Shown one piece after another: positions 1-11,900 of a stretch of 38,322 bases of DNA (within the stretch, counting starts at the first letter, position 1; each line of letters starts with the position of its first letter). Both the position numbers and the translations under genes were made by a program. The stretch is from sequence record DRR378314_2733. One strand, given 5' to 3'. A model generated the notes under the pieces. It was not told the origin of the DNA. It was given only the letters and a program-made list of their open reading frames with translations, and made no database searches.

Positions 1-66
1 GGATTGCGCCGGAGTAGACGAGCTCGTCGCGCGCACTTTGGGTGTTGGCGGCGACAATGCACTCCT

Positions 67-3000
67 CTACGTCCACTTGAGGCGAGTCACCGCACTGCGG
101 TCCAGATCTGTGCGCCGCATCAGGGCACGTCGCGCTTCTGCGAAGGTAATTACGCGAGGTGGCGCGCCCGGCGCAAACAACCCCTCCAGATCGTCGGGAG
201 TTTCGGCTGCCAGCACCTCCGCTAGCTGCAGAAGGCGCGCGAGTCGCTCGCGAGCAGGCGGGCCGGCGATCTCAGCAAGATTCGCTGCCGCCCCGCGCAC
301 CTCACGCTCCATATCGATTGCCGCATCAAAGTCATACTGCGCTGCAAAGAGACGCTCCTCTACTGCTTCGCTGATGAATTCTGCCAGCGCTTCGGCGACA
401 ATCTCCTTTGCCGCGGAAGCTGGTCCACTGCAGATCGCCGCTGCCTCTGCAGCGACCAAGTCCGCAAGGTTGCGGTCGCCGGCGCTGAGGCCAGCGGATA
501 TGGCGGACGCGTGCGGCGCTGCCGCCTCTCGTGCAGCAGATCGGGCCGACGCGTCGAAAGCAGATGCAATCGCTCGTACTTCGGCTGCCGCAGCAGCTAC
601 AACTGCGTGCTCGGGGCGAACACTATCTGCTAGCCGGCGTGAAAACTTTGCGGCTGTTGCGAGTGCAGCGGCCGCAGCAGCGGCTGCCCCGTGCGACGAC
701 GATGCGGCGAGGTCTTCGAGCGGAGCACGGACAGCATCGGCCAAGGCTGCCGCCGTATTGTTGAGCGCGGCGCCGGTTGCCGCTGGCGCGTCCGTCTTGA
801 GCGCGCGCTGAACGGAGCGCTGTGCGACAAAAAAGGCATCGTCAACACCTCGCTGAAGTGCAAGCGCAGACTGGTGAGCAGCTGAACTATCGTCGTCCGT
901 TCCGCTTCCCATTCCACTACCGCTAGCGTCGCGCGAGCTGCTGGAAGCATTCGCGCTTCTTCTGAGCGCAGACGACGAGCCAAGCCCGTCGCCGCGCCCT
1001 GCTTTCGTCGTCTTTCCGGACTGCACGCGTCCTGCTGGTGACGCCAGTGCCGCAAACGAGGAAGTTTGCGCCGATGCTCCGGCGGATGACTGTCGGTCCG
1101 TCTCTGCCAGAGCTGCAAGCGCGTTCGCGAGGGCATCGCGCATCGCTGCAGCGCAAGCGAGTCGGACGTACTTGCCTTCCAAGGCGACAAGAGATCCAAT
1201 CAGCGCGTCGCGTTGGGGCATCTCTCGCGCAGCGTCCGCCATACTAAGACGCTGAGCAAGCTGCACCCCAACGCGCAGCAAGAGCACTCCCTCGTCCGCG
1301 GCGCCGTCTATGGCGCGCACATGGTCAGGATCGCCTTCCGGGACGGTGGTGTCGGACGAGCTGAGAGCAGAGCGGAGCGCCTTGGAGGCACTGAACTGCT
1401 GCGAAGCTACACGAACAGGTTTCTCATCTGCAGTAAGCTGCAGCGCATGCCGTGGTAGAATCGAGAGGTTCAACGAAAAACATTAAAAGATCATTTCGCA
1501 GCGAGTGTCGCGGCTCAAAGTACACGCGACTCCTTCAACGAACAACAAAGGAATTTCTGGCTGCCAGGACGCGTGAGGTGGAAACGATAGGTGCTGACGC
1601 ACAATCATCCTCACGGAAGCACACAAAACACCTATCGATTTCATATACAGCGGTAGCAAGTAAAACAAAGAGTGTGTTGTGCTGTGCTATAATAGAGCAA
1701 AGTACAAAGCAGCATGTCTTGCTATACGTCACTACACGCGAGAACAATAAGGCGAGCAAGCGTGCTCCCTGGGAAGCGTTTTCACACACAGCCTAACGGC
1801 CGGGTACAGATTCGATAGTGCGCACAATGAATTATCGTCTTCGTAGTGCACGAGAAGTGTTGGATTGATGAGTTTCGTACCAGCTTGTTGAATGCACGCG
1901 CTTCTTCCAGCCCGCCCATCAGCTGCGCAAGCGCCGGAGCACAGGAATTCCACAAAATGCTTCCAGCAGTTGCAAGGGCCCGCTCCGTTTCGCGCCCGTA
2001 CGCCTCCGAGCACAGTGTCGAAATTTCCTTGAACGAATGAATAATTGCCGTTGCGAGCTTATGGGCAATGCGCACATGCGCTCCGCTGCAATGTCGAGGA
2101 AGACAGCAACGACGTGGGAGCGTCAGATATCTGTGGACTGAGACCCTACACTTCGCGCTGGCACCTGGCGACGGAAAATGTGCACGACAACAAGGAACCT
2201 TGAACACAAAAAGTATTGACGCAGCAACTTGTCATTGTACGGCATAAATTCTATCCTTGTATGCAAATCGAAGATTGCTAGCCGAAACTAACCTTTCCGC
2301 CATCACCTTGGGGTCGTGCAAAGCGGCAGTGGCGGCAGAGACGTGTGGCTTGGCTGAGGACGCCGCGTGCTCGCCCAATGCCGCCAGGCCATCGTCTACT
2401 AGCCCGAGCCGCGGGAGGACGGACGCACGATCCTCAGCGGGATATCCTCGCGCGGTGAGACGGGCATTCTCAAGCACGCGACCAAGGTCCGCCGAAGGAG
2501 GTGGAGAGTCCAAAGGTGCACTGGGTCCTACGAACGCGGCGAGAGTTCTTGCACACGAAGCCATGTCGCCCTCGTCCAGCGCACGGGCGGCAGCTGCCGC
2601 AGCTTCCTGCTCGCGCGTGCGGTATTCGACGGCGCTTTCCAACGCCTGTACGCGCTGGATCGCCGTATGTAACTTGCTGATACGCTGGACAAGCCCATCT
2701 GTGCTCCCGCGCGCCGCTGCAGCTGCGCGCCCGATTCGCTCCGTGTCCTCTTCGCTGTCTGGAAGCGCTAGCCTGCAGTGTGCGGAGAGGGAACGAGACA
2801 CGTCAAGCGCGAAGGGTGGTGGTGACGTGCGCGTTGCACTCACAACCGACCGATGCAATCGCACTGAACAATGTCCTGTTGCGTTTTGACGGCAAAACAT
2901 AGTCTAAGAAGTTACTACATAGCGCTGCCGAGAATAACCAATTCAAATCACGCGAGGGGTCTCCCTGGAAAGGACCACCGCGAGAAACGTACGCAGCTCG

Positions 3001-3252
3001 CTCCACAGCAGATAGCGACTCACTGAGCTGCACGCTCCGGGACATGCTTTGCGCAAGCGCGTCATGTGCACTCTTTTCTTGGCGAAGCAGTGTGCGTCGC
3101 AGTTCCAAAAACGGCCCAACATCAGATATATCCCATTTCGCAACCGTCCTCGCAAGAGCCGCGTCTGCTGCGGCGCCCAGTGTGTCGTTGGTATCGTCTG
3201 CACAGGCAGACGTGCGCGCAGGCGCTGCATCCGAAGCAGCGGTGGCGGGCAT
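67..3252 (-). CDS. COG4: Conserved oligomeric Golgi complex subunit 4, divergent and Ala-rich (~771 aa, 4 exons)
   Basis: Exons 3252-2993, 2772-2293, 2085-1881, 1437-67 join in phase with GT..AG introns (donors GTACGT, GTTAGT, GTACGA). Segments 'LVQRISKLHTAIQRV', 'LPRLGLVDDGLAAL' and the C-terminus 'EREVR...RERLARLLQLAEVL...TFAEARRALMRRTDLDRSAVTRLK' resemble COG4, and total length fits. Start ATG is inferred. Confidence 0.75.
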
Positions 3253-3829
3253 GACGGCGCCTGTGCTGCGAGGCGTACAGCGTGCGCGTCCCGTCACTTC
3301 CGGCGCAACAGCAAGCAAGGATTGGTCAGACAACGCAATACGAGGTGGACGTGGTGGTCCGAGTTGGTGCGAAGCGCTATTCCAAGCAGCGAAGGCAGAG
3401 GTTGAGGGCCACCGAGGGAAGGAAAAGCGAGGGACAAATACGCGTGCCGCCACCGACTCCCGCCTGCAGCTCGCGCAGCGCGTTGTTTCTCAGGCGAACC
3501 CGACGAGGTCGACACCGACGCCTCGGCAGCAGTGCGATCCTGATCGTCGAAGATGGCTACGAGAAGGACTCAGGCGGAACCATAAATCTGCCGAATCGAT
3601 ATGTTGCAGAAACGCGCAGGCAGGCTGTGGCGATGACCCTTCACCTAGCGTGCAACTACATAGGCTAAGGGTTTAGGGCTGTACTTTCCGAACAGGCACT
3701 GTGACCGGGATAAACTACTTCAAGGAATCTATTCTTCTACAGCGGCGCGAACTGGTTGCCTTCGTGCTTGTGACAAACCATTCCAGTCCGCAGTTCTGCT
3801 GTATCGCCGGCGACGCGGGTCGAGTAGCG
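3253..3829. promoter_or_regulatory. Putative bidirectional promoter between COG4 and PSMB2
   Basis: 577-bp spacer between divergent ATGs with a central, more AT-rich patch (~3655-3740). Inferred from gene geometry. Confidence 0.55.
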
Positions 3830-6391
3830 ATGGACAACCTTATCGGGTTTGTCGGAAAGGACTACGTCCTCATTGCGAGCGACACGACGACGAGGCACTC
3901 AATCGTTGTCGTGAAAGTATGTTCTCTTTTTGTTTACGGTTGTGTCAAAAGACACCCAGGAGGCGCCGGCGCAGGAGAAGCGTGGCGCGACTACGTCTTT
4001 GGGGCACTTGCGTAGAAAATTACACGGCGCGTAGCACGCTCTTGAGTTCGGACGCGACGCACTGTAGAATACGCGCTCGCTCGGCTGCTCGTTGTACTGC
4101 GCACGTGAGTGGGTCGGATCTTTGCGCCTTTCCAGCGATCAGGATTATTTACATTGAATGATTATATGATTGTCATGTCGTGCGATGGAAAATGTATGGG
4201 ATGAGGTGCTGCTTTGGGCAGCGTGCGGCTGCTGTGTCCAGCGGAGACGGGTGGGACTCGGCGAGTCAGCGCGCGGTGTGGCGGCTCCGCCGGCGTATCG
4301 TGCAGCAGTCTCGAGGGCTTGCGGTGCCCCTGGCGCGCAGCACGCCGAATGGAGCTCCGTCGCTTTCGGCGACTCCTCTTTGCCGTGTGCAAGGAATTTT
4401 GTTTGTAAAATTGTTCAGCACTGTATTAGGTTTCCTTGTGGACCGAAGAAAGCGGAATCTTGCCGTCGCATGAGGAGCCACGCGGTGTGAACGCAGGCTG
4501 TCGTGCGGGCGCGTGTATGGGGGTCGCATTGCGGTGGCGCGAGAACGGGTCGACGTGTAGCGCTTGCGCGCTCCGCGGCTCCTGTTTTACCGCTGCGGGG
4601 GACATTCCGATGCGCCATCTTACCTTGATACGACAGGCTTAGAGGCCCACATCAATTCCGCTGCATTTGTACATGGGATCGACGTTCGTGTTTGCTGTGG
4701 TCAGGGGTAGCTTTCGTTTGCCTCTGCGCGGTGCTGCTCGTGCGGTGCTGGGTGCAAAGTGTTCCCCGGCGCGGGCGCAGGCTGCGCTGCTTGCGCGGCT
4801 CGCTCGCTCGCTCGCTCTCTCCGCGCCTGCTTACCTTTCGCGTCCACCTGCCACCACGTCTGCGGCTCTCCTTCGTCTCCATCGCTCCACCGCCCCGGCC
4901 CCACTCTCAGGATGACGAGGATAAGACTATCCAGCTCGATAGCCACAAACTTCTCGCGCTCTCTGGTGAGCAAGGAGATCGGGTACAGTTTGGCGAGTTT
5001 ATCGCCAAGAACATCGCGCTGAACACACTGCGCTCTGGTATTCAGATGAGCACGCACGCTGCTGCCAACTTCACTCGTGGAGGTGCGTTTCGCGCGCGTC
5101 GCTCTGGGTTAACGGCGCGCGCACTGTCAGTTTCGTGTGGAAGTAGCTATTGTCAGAGGGCGCATTCCGCTTGATGCGCGCGCCTCTTTTCCGCCTTTTC
5201 ATGCGCCGTATAAGAATGACGAGAAAGCACCTGCGTGGTGTGAGAGGTCCTTCGTTTGTAGGTACCGTGTGCTTTCGCGCGCGCCCCTTGCGTTGGCCGG
5301 AGCACAAGGAACGCGCAGCGGCCTGAGCTCCGTTTTCGCACCGTTTTCTCCCGCGTTGCGTTCGCAGAGCTCGCTCATTTCTTGCGACAGAGCCCTTATT
5401 TTGTGAACATTCTCTTGGCGGGTTATGATAACGACGTTGGACCTTCCCTGTACTTCATGGACTATCTTTCTAGCATGCACAAAATGGATAAAGCAGGTGC
5501 GTGGCGCCGTTGGTAGCGGCGACGAGACGTGTCGCTGCTAGCGAAAGCTGGCCTCTCTTTCCCACCAGCTGGGAATGTGCTGCCAAAGACGTCTTTGCAC
5601 GCTTCCTCCTTCTATTCCAATAGTTACGTTTCGGTGACACGTTTGATGGTATCTTGCGTTCGGAGTTTCTCATTGCTGCTCTCCCCGCAACGAATTTGGA
5701 GCGTTCCTGTCTTGCTTATGTTTGCGATAGCGGTAGGAGCTCGACCGCGATTTGTTGTCAAGACTCTGCGTGGGCACGCTGACTGTCTCTGCGGCGCTTG
5801 TTCCTCTACGCCGCTTCCTCATCCTCGATACAGGGCACGGTTACGGCTCGTACTTTATTCTTTCGACACTGGACCGTCTTTGGAAGCCGGGCATGTCGCT
5901 GGACGAGGGTCTGAAGCTTATGGGTGCTTGCATCCAGGAGATCAAGACTCGCCTGGTCATCAATTCCCCGCGGTACCTTGTCAAGGTAACGATGAGCGAA
6001 AATAATAATAATAATCGAAGGGAAGGCTTCGTCCGACCGCTTTTTTTTCTCAGCGATGCGTGCACTTGTATGGAGTGAAGCACAATGCACGCGTGATGTA
6101 TCCCGGCATTTGCGTGGTGCGAAGTGCTACACGTCGACGAGGTTGACCGTGTGTTCGTTCCGCTGCGTGACTTCGTCTCTGATGCCTCGTGCGGCGCGCT
6201 TTTCCTTGCGTACTGGCACATAGGCCAGTGGTTTCCTCCATGCCAGTCTACTTCGACCCGCTGTTGCGCTTTGCAAAACAGCTACAAGCACGCATTCATT
6301 TCCTGACTTGCAATGGCCACCTGTGCTTGCGCTGTTTGTCTAGGTGATCGATAAAGACGGAGTGCGCATCATCACGCCGCCAAAGAACTGA
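3830..6391 (+). CDS. PSMB2: 20S proteasome subunit beta type-2 (beta4/PRE1), 195 aa, 5 exons
   Basis: Exons 3830-3916, 4911-5082, 5368-5496, 5834-5985, 6344-6391 total 588 nt in frame: [18 protein letters not shown]...SIVVVK/DDEDK...[13 protein letters not shown]...[11 protein letters not shown]...[12 protein letters not shown]...[10 protein letters not shown]...GHGYGSYF...VKVIDKDG. Confidence 0.95.
4798..4817 (+). repeat. (GCTC)5 microsatellite in PSMB2 intron 1
   Basis: gctcgctcgctcgctcgctc read directly. Confidence 0.85.
6001..6015 (+). repeat. (AAT)5 microsatellite in PSMB2 intron 4
   Basis: aataataataataat read directly. Confidence 0.85.
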
Positions 6392-7357
6392 GGGTAGGCT
6401 GCGTTCGTGGATATTTCGCTGCTCTGGGCGCCTCGCGCCCTGTGTGCATGTGAATTAGCTGTTGCGATCCCAATACCGAATGAGAAACACAGAAATGAGA
6501 ATGCCAGCAATGTATGAAATTTCCTGTTTGTGCCGGAAAACGCAGTTGGCTGAGCAGGGAGGATAAGGGTTTGGCGCTGACGAGAGCATGGAATCCCTGT
6601 ATTCGACGCGGAGTACAGTGTAGCACGCCAGGCGACAACCGGGTCGCCTCTGCGAGATCCCGACACCACCCGGGCATGCATGATAAAGCAGCGCACTGAA
6701 GGCAAGGAAACGTGCATAGCCTTTTCATTCAAGAGCCTCCGCTACGACTTGCCTCCCGTCTGACACGAAGGCCAAGAGCGCTGAACACAGGATTGCTGCC
6801 AGATGATTCTCCCCTCTACAATCACCCTCTTCGCCACCACCGCCGTCCGGTGCCGCCCGTACTGTCGGCAAGCACTTCTACGCGGGCGGGCGAAGGAACG
6901 AGGGAAACGATTGGTGCAACACTTTGCAAAACGCACGACGCGATATGGCCAACATACGCCCAATGCTGGCGGGCCGCGTACAAAGGGCGGCCTCGTCAGC
7001 GTTCGGCCGACCGCGCCGCGGAGAACTTGGCTGCGACTTCCTTCAGCGTACGAACAATAAAACACACTCGTTGCGACAAAGCATCCCTTGTGAATGCAAT
7101 CATCAACCGTACAACAAAGAACAAAGTGTCGCAGGAGAGGCTGCGACCAATGCACACTATAGGAGCACCGCCGAGGAAAGCACCATGCCTAAGCGGACAC
7201 GGAGGGTCTAAAGGACTGCACTTTGCTTCCCTCGGGTGCTTGCGTGGCTGCACTGCCCTACAGCAGCCCCGTTCCTCGAAGATCGCTCTTTCGTGCACAT
7301 GCCCGCGCGATCCACAAACCAGCAATACGTGGCGAACTCGCAATGTGCTGACCACAT

Positions 7358-7864
7358 TTATCCGCGCATTCCACGATCTTCCGCAGCGGCGCCTTGCTCG
7401 CCAATTTCCTCCTTGGCACTCCCGCTTCCGGCACCGCTCCCAGCGCTACCGTGGTTGGACCCGTCCCGGTGCGCCTTGTCCTTTCCAGCGGCGCGGCGTT
7501 TCCCGTTCCGCTGCTGAGAGGCGTCACGGGGTAGGAGAAAATACACGCACTCGTTTCCGATTTTGAGCGTGTTCGCCGGCTCGCGCAGCGGAATGCGCGT
7601 TCCACGCGTGACCACCTGCGTATTCACCACTATACTGTTCTTCCCGAGTACGCGAACAAAAAAGCAGCGCTCGTCGCGCTCGTACTCAATTTCCACGTGA
7701 CTCCGCGAAATCGTGCGGTCGTCACCAATAGCGTAATCGCACATGGGAGGACGAGCAAGAAGCTCGCGCCCTAGAGTGAACTTGGATTTACGCACAAAGA
7801 ACTGCCTTTCACGTGTCATGACCTTGGCGTAAGCGGGGGCGCGCGGAGCTGCGGGACCTCGCAT
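7358..7864 (-). CDS. FHA-domain protein of the FOXK/Fhl1/plant FHA1-2 type, no forkhead domain (168 aa)
   Basis: AYAK...LGR...D..IG....ISRSHVEIEY...F...VLGKN.I.V...KIG...YFLLP matches this FHA subfamily, followed by a low-complexity tail. ATG 7864 is the only minus-strand ATG until 8797. Confidence 0.8.
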   Translation of the reverse strand: MRGPAAPRAPAYAKVMTRERQFFVRKSKFTLGRELLARPPMCDYAIGDDRTISRSHVEIEYERDERCFFVRVLGKNSIVVNTQVVTRGTRIPLREPANTLKIGNECVYFLLPRDASQQRNGKRRAAGKDKAHRDGSNHGSAGSGAGSGSAKEEIGEQGAAAEDRGMRG

Positions 7865-8993
7865 CGTTGCGTCTGCACAGCAAACCTCACCGTGCGTTGC
7901 AAGGACAGTCCACGAGAACGCGCCGCCGAGAGTACAACAAACTCGAGTAGAACCGGCTTGCTTTTCTCTCCCAAAACAGAGTTGGAGCAAGAAGCAGCCG
8001 TCTCGCGCAGCACCGTATAGGATCTAACTCTTCCTTTTTTGTTCCCCTTCTGCAGCTGCAACGGCTGTCCACGCACTGCCGCACCGGCTGCAAGCACGCG
8101 GGGGTTTGGACGGCCACGCGCCGAAGTGCCGTACGCGACAATTGCACACTTCGCGGTACGCGGAGGTGTCTTGAAGAAAGGCACGAGGCCGCTACGTGCG
8201 CAGCACCTGGCAACGAAAGAAACTTGGAAGAAAAAGGCCCAGTGTAGCGTCCTTTTTCTCGAACGGCGGTTCACAAGGCACCTCGTGCTGCCTGGGAGGA
8301 TCTTGGAGGAGAGGGTGCAGCGAAGGAGAACAGGCGATCGTACAAATGCGAAGCTGCGGTCGGAAAACGCAGACACGCGAACGCAGCGGCGGACAGCGTG
8401 ACGCAGAGCGAGCACGGCCAAGAGAGCGACGGAACCGCGAACTGTGTCGGCAAGGTCGAGCAGCTGCAACCTCGAAAGCAGGATGTGCAGCCAAACTGTC
8501 AGCTTTCACGTATCAAGGGCACAGTAAAATAATACTCGGATCAAGCGCTACGCCAAAGCACCAAGCTTCGCGCACGTCGGACGCGGTCTCGCGTTCGCGT
8601 TCGAAGCACCGACGCGCCGCGACGGTGGCGAGGGATTTCTGTACGCGTGGGGCGCGAATATGCGGACGAGCTCAGATTTGCAGGTGATTCGGCGGTGAGC
8701 GTATCAAGGGCGTCCAAAATGCGAGGAAGCGGACAATTCGGTTGTATCCGCGCTGTGCACAGTGTATACTTTTATACAATATCTTAGGTCAATACATAGA
8801 TGGGATTTTGGCTTTCACAAATCTACTGAACTTGTATCAAAGAGTTTGACCACGTACTTTGCACAAGTTGAACACCTCCCATGGGGCGAACCCGTGCGAG
8901 TTCCGGAGCACACGGCAATCATCAGGCATCCGCAGCTGCGCGACTGCCGCGTGAGCGCTGGCAAGAAACCTCCTCCCAGGCGTCTCGTTCGTC
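7865..8993. promoter_or_regulatory. Divergent spacer (promoter plus 5' leaders) between the FHA gene and SUCLG1
   Basis: Head-to-head geometry, AT-rich core at ~8760-8880, and a 12-bp direct repeat CGTATCAAGGGC at 8509 and 8700. Confidence 0.5.
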
Positions 8994-11900
8994 ATGCTGC
9001 GCACTCTCGGCTCCGCGGTGCGTTTGGTTTTACGCGCCGGCAACAGCGTTGCCTGAATATTCGCTATCGCTTGATGGTTTCCCTTTGTAGTGGCAACGAG
9101 TTACCGAACTTGGACGCATTTTCAGTATCTCCGCAGCAGCGGAGCCCTGCGCGTGGTTCGCGAGGGGGCCGCGTGCAGCTGGCTGTCGCGCTCCGGCGCG
9201 TGCGTCGTTGCCAGGCCGCGGCGCGTGTGCTCGGGGAGCGTTTCGCTGCCGTTTGCCATGCCTATGCACTACCCAAGCATTGTGTGCGCGTCCGTGCTAG
9301 ATTTGTGTATAAAATAGAAGTTTAGTGTATATGATTTCGAGCGTGGGAGTGAGAATGTGCCTGCGCATGGGGTAGGGTAGCGGTGTTCAACCTTGCCGCG
9401 GAAGTGCTCGCCAAGCTGCTGCGCTGCAGTGGCGGATGCAAGGCGCGCGGTCCCAGCACCCGCGGCTGCCGCGCGCGACAGGACCGCTTCGTGCACTCCG
9501 AGTGCATGTTGCACGCCTGCCTTCCCGCTTCCACCATGCATCGTGCACGGTTTCGCATCATATTTTCGATACTTAAGAGCGTTGTAGTGTTCCTGGTGCG
9601 CATGGGCGCGTGGCTAGCCTGCCAGGACCTCGCCAACAGCTGTCGCGCGAGCTCGCTTTGGGCAGGTGCCGTGGAAAGAGTCGCGTGTTTCTTGCGGTGC
9701 TTTGGGGCACTTGACCCGTAGGCGTTGTAGCGCAGAGAGCGCAACTGCGGAAATGCCCGATGCAGCTCTGCTTTGCGGTTGCAGTGTCGGTTTTCTGCAT
9801 TTCGTGCGTATATCCTGGTGATTGCCGCACTTTCGCCGTGCTACGTGCGGTCGGGATTCGGTATGCCTGCACGTTCGCGCGTGGAGGCGAGGAGGGCTTT
9901 CCGCGTGTGAAGCACGTCGGTGCTGGCAAGCGCTAGCTCTCGGCGCTGCCCCGGCGTCACGCTCTCGACGACGAAGCGGAGGATGGAACCTGGGAAGCTC
10001 AAGCGCTCACTGAGGAAAAAAAACCACGTAATCACTGTATTGGAAATGTTGTGTCCTTCATCGCCTGCGAGTGTTCCTCCTTTCTTTTTCCGGGAGCGGT
10101 GGGCAAGAAAAGCTAACCGTTGCGCGACGACGGCGTCATGTTTTTGCGATCGCGTGTTTGCACGTCCTCTCCGCGCAGGGCTTCTTCTCGCGCGCTGTTT
10201 CTCGCGCGTGGGCAACTCAGGTGCGTCATGGTATCCCGGGGTTGGAGCGTTGCGCGTTGCTTCTTTTGTACACATCCATGTCGTGGTTTTTTTTGTTTGG
10301 AGGATCGTTCCCGGTGCGAGGATGCCTGTTTTGCGTTTCTAATTGTTGCTGGCGTACTGTTGGATGGAGAGCCTGAACAGATTGGTCACGCTCCCAATGT
10401 CCCGACGAGCGAGTCGCTCTCGCGCGGCGAAGCGTTCAGTTTCTCCGCATTGCGCTCCTCATTCGGGTTACCTTCGACGGAGTACACTTGCGGTGCACAG
10501 CAGTCGACCGCAAAGCGTCAATCTGCGCGGCATAATGTTCATTCGCCGGAGACGGTATCCTGTTGTTGCTGTTTTCCTGTATCCTTGCTCACCTCCAGAT
10601 TCGGCACGCGTCGAAACCTGCCGTGTTCGTTGACAAGAACACGCGCGTGATCTGCCAAGGTCTTACGGGAAAGCAGGTGCGGCTGCTGCATGGGTGTTGT
10701 TGTTGGTTTCTGTCTAGTAGAGCAGGGTGTACATTCGCCAGCCTGCTCGCCATGCACGCGCTCGTAGTAAGTTTCCTTGGTGAAGATGGGAATCATGGAA
10801 TCCTACAGTGAGGCTTTGGCGCATACGGTAGTCGGAAAATGGTTGCTGTCGCGTGCGGCGCGCCGCGCCTTGCTGCGCCCCGCATTCGCTACCGCGGCTC
10901 GCAGTGCTTTCGTGCGTTCCTAGACATACTTGTCGCTGATACGGCCATGTATTCAAGAACCGGAGGTGTGCTGCGCTGTCGCAGTTTTTGGAAGTGCCTT
11001 TGCAATCTCTCGTGCTGTGTTTAGCTTCGTTAACTTGGCGGGTCAGTGGAGGAGGGGCTTAGCGTATGGCTACTTTGTACTGTGCGTACAGGACGTTGAT
11101 GAATTTCACCAGTGAGTATTTTATTTTTATTATTTTTATTTTATTTTTGCCGAGAATGCTGCGGGCGCTCGGCCGTGCAGTTTCGTCATCACCTTGCATG
11201 GAGCCGTTCACCTTGGGAACATCGTGCTTTGGTTCGATCTTACCTTTTCCTGTCCATGTATATCACTTTCATCTCTACTTTCCCCAGGGAACTTTCCACA
11301 CGCAGCAAGCGATCGACTATGGCACGAACATGGTAGGCGGCGTGTCGCCGAAGCGCGCAGGGTCGACGCACCTCGACCTTCCAGTGTTCGGCACGGTGAA
11401 GGAAGCCGTTGCGGAGACTGGTGCGAACGCCAGCGTGATCTACGTGCCGCCGCCGGGTGCAGCCGCGGCGATTATGGAGGCGATCGATGCGGAGCTTGAT
11501 CTGGTGGTGTGCATCACCGAAGGTATCCCGCAGCAAGACATGGTTCGCGTGAAGCACAAGCTTCTCCGCCAGGAAAAGACGCGCCTCATCGGGCCCAACT
11601 GCCCTGGCATCATTAAGCCTGGCGAATGCAAGATTGGCATCATGCCCGGGTACATTCATATGCCGGGTAAAATTGGCATTGTCTCGCGTTCGGGAACCTT
11701 GACGTACGAGGCAGTCCATCAGACAACCACTGTCGGCTTGGGCCAGTCGACGTGCGTTGGCATTGGCGGCGATCCTTTCAATGGAACGAACTTTGTCGAC
11801 TGCTTGGGTCCTTTCCTCAACGATCCGCAGACCGAAGGTGCGCTCTTTGCGTCCCCTTCCCCTTGTCTCTCTCGCTTGCCAAGCACAGGGCTGGCAGTTA

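Noticed and set aside
38-3676. Long plus-strand ORFs (38-811, 2257-2889, 3044-3676) opposite COG4
   Set aside because: Ala/Arg/Ser-rich antisense shadows that track the COG4 exons.
6712-7566. 284-aa plus-strand ORF between PSMB2 and the FHA gene
   Set aside because: Non-ATG start, no motifs, overlaps the FHA CDS antisense; most likely convergent 3'UTR sequence.
7873-7890. Apparent 18-nt GT..AG mini-intron upstream of the FHA ATG
   Set aside because: All supported introns are at least 117 nt; no sign of tiny introns in this genome.
10555-10598. GTATCCT(T) resembling a U12 5' splice site
   Set aside because: Lies inside the acceptor tract of SUCLG1 intron 1, not at an exon boundary; no modelled intron looks U12-type.
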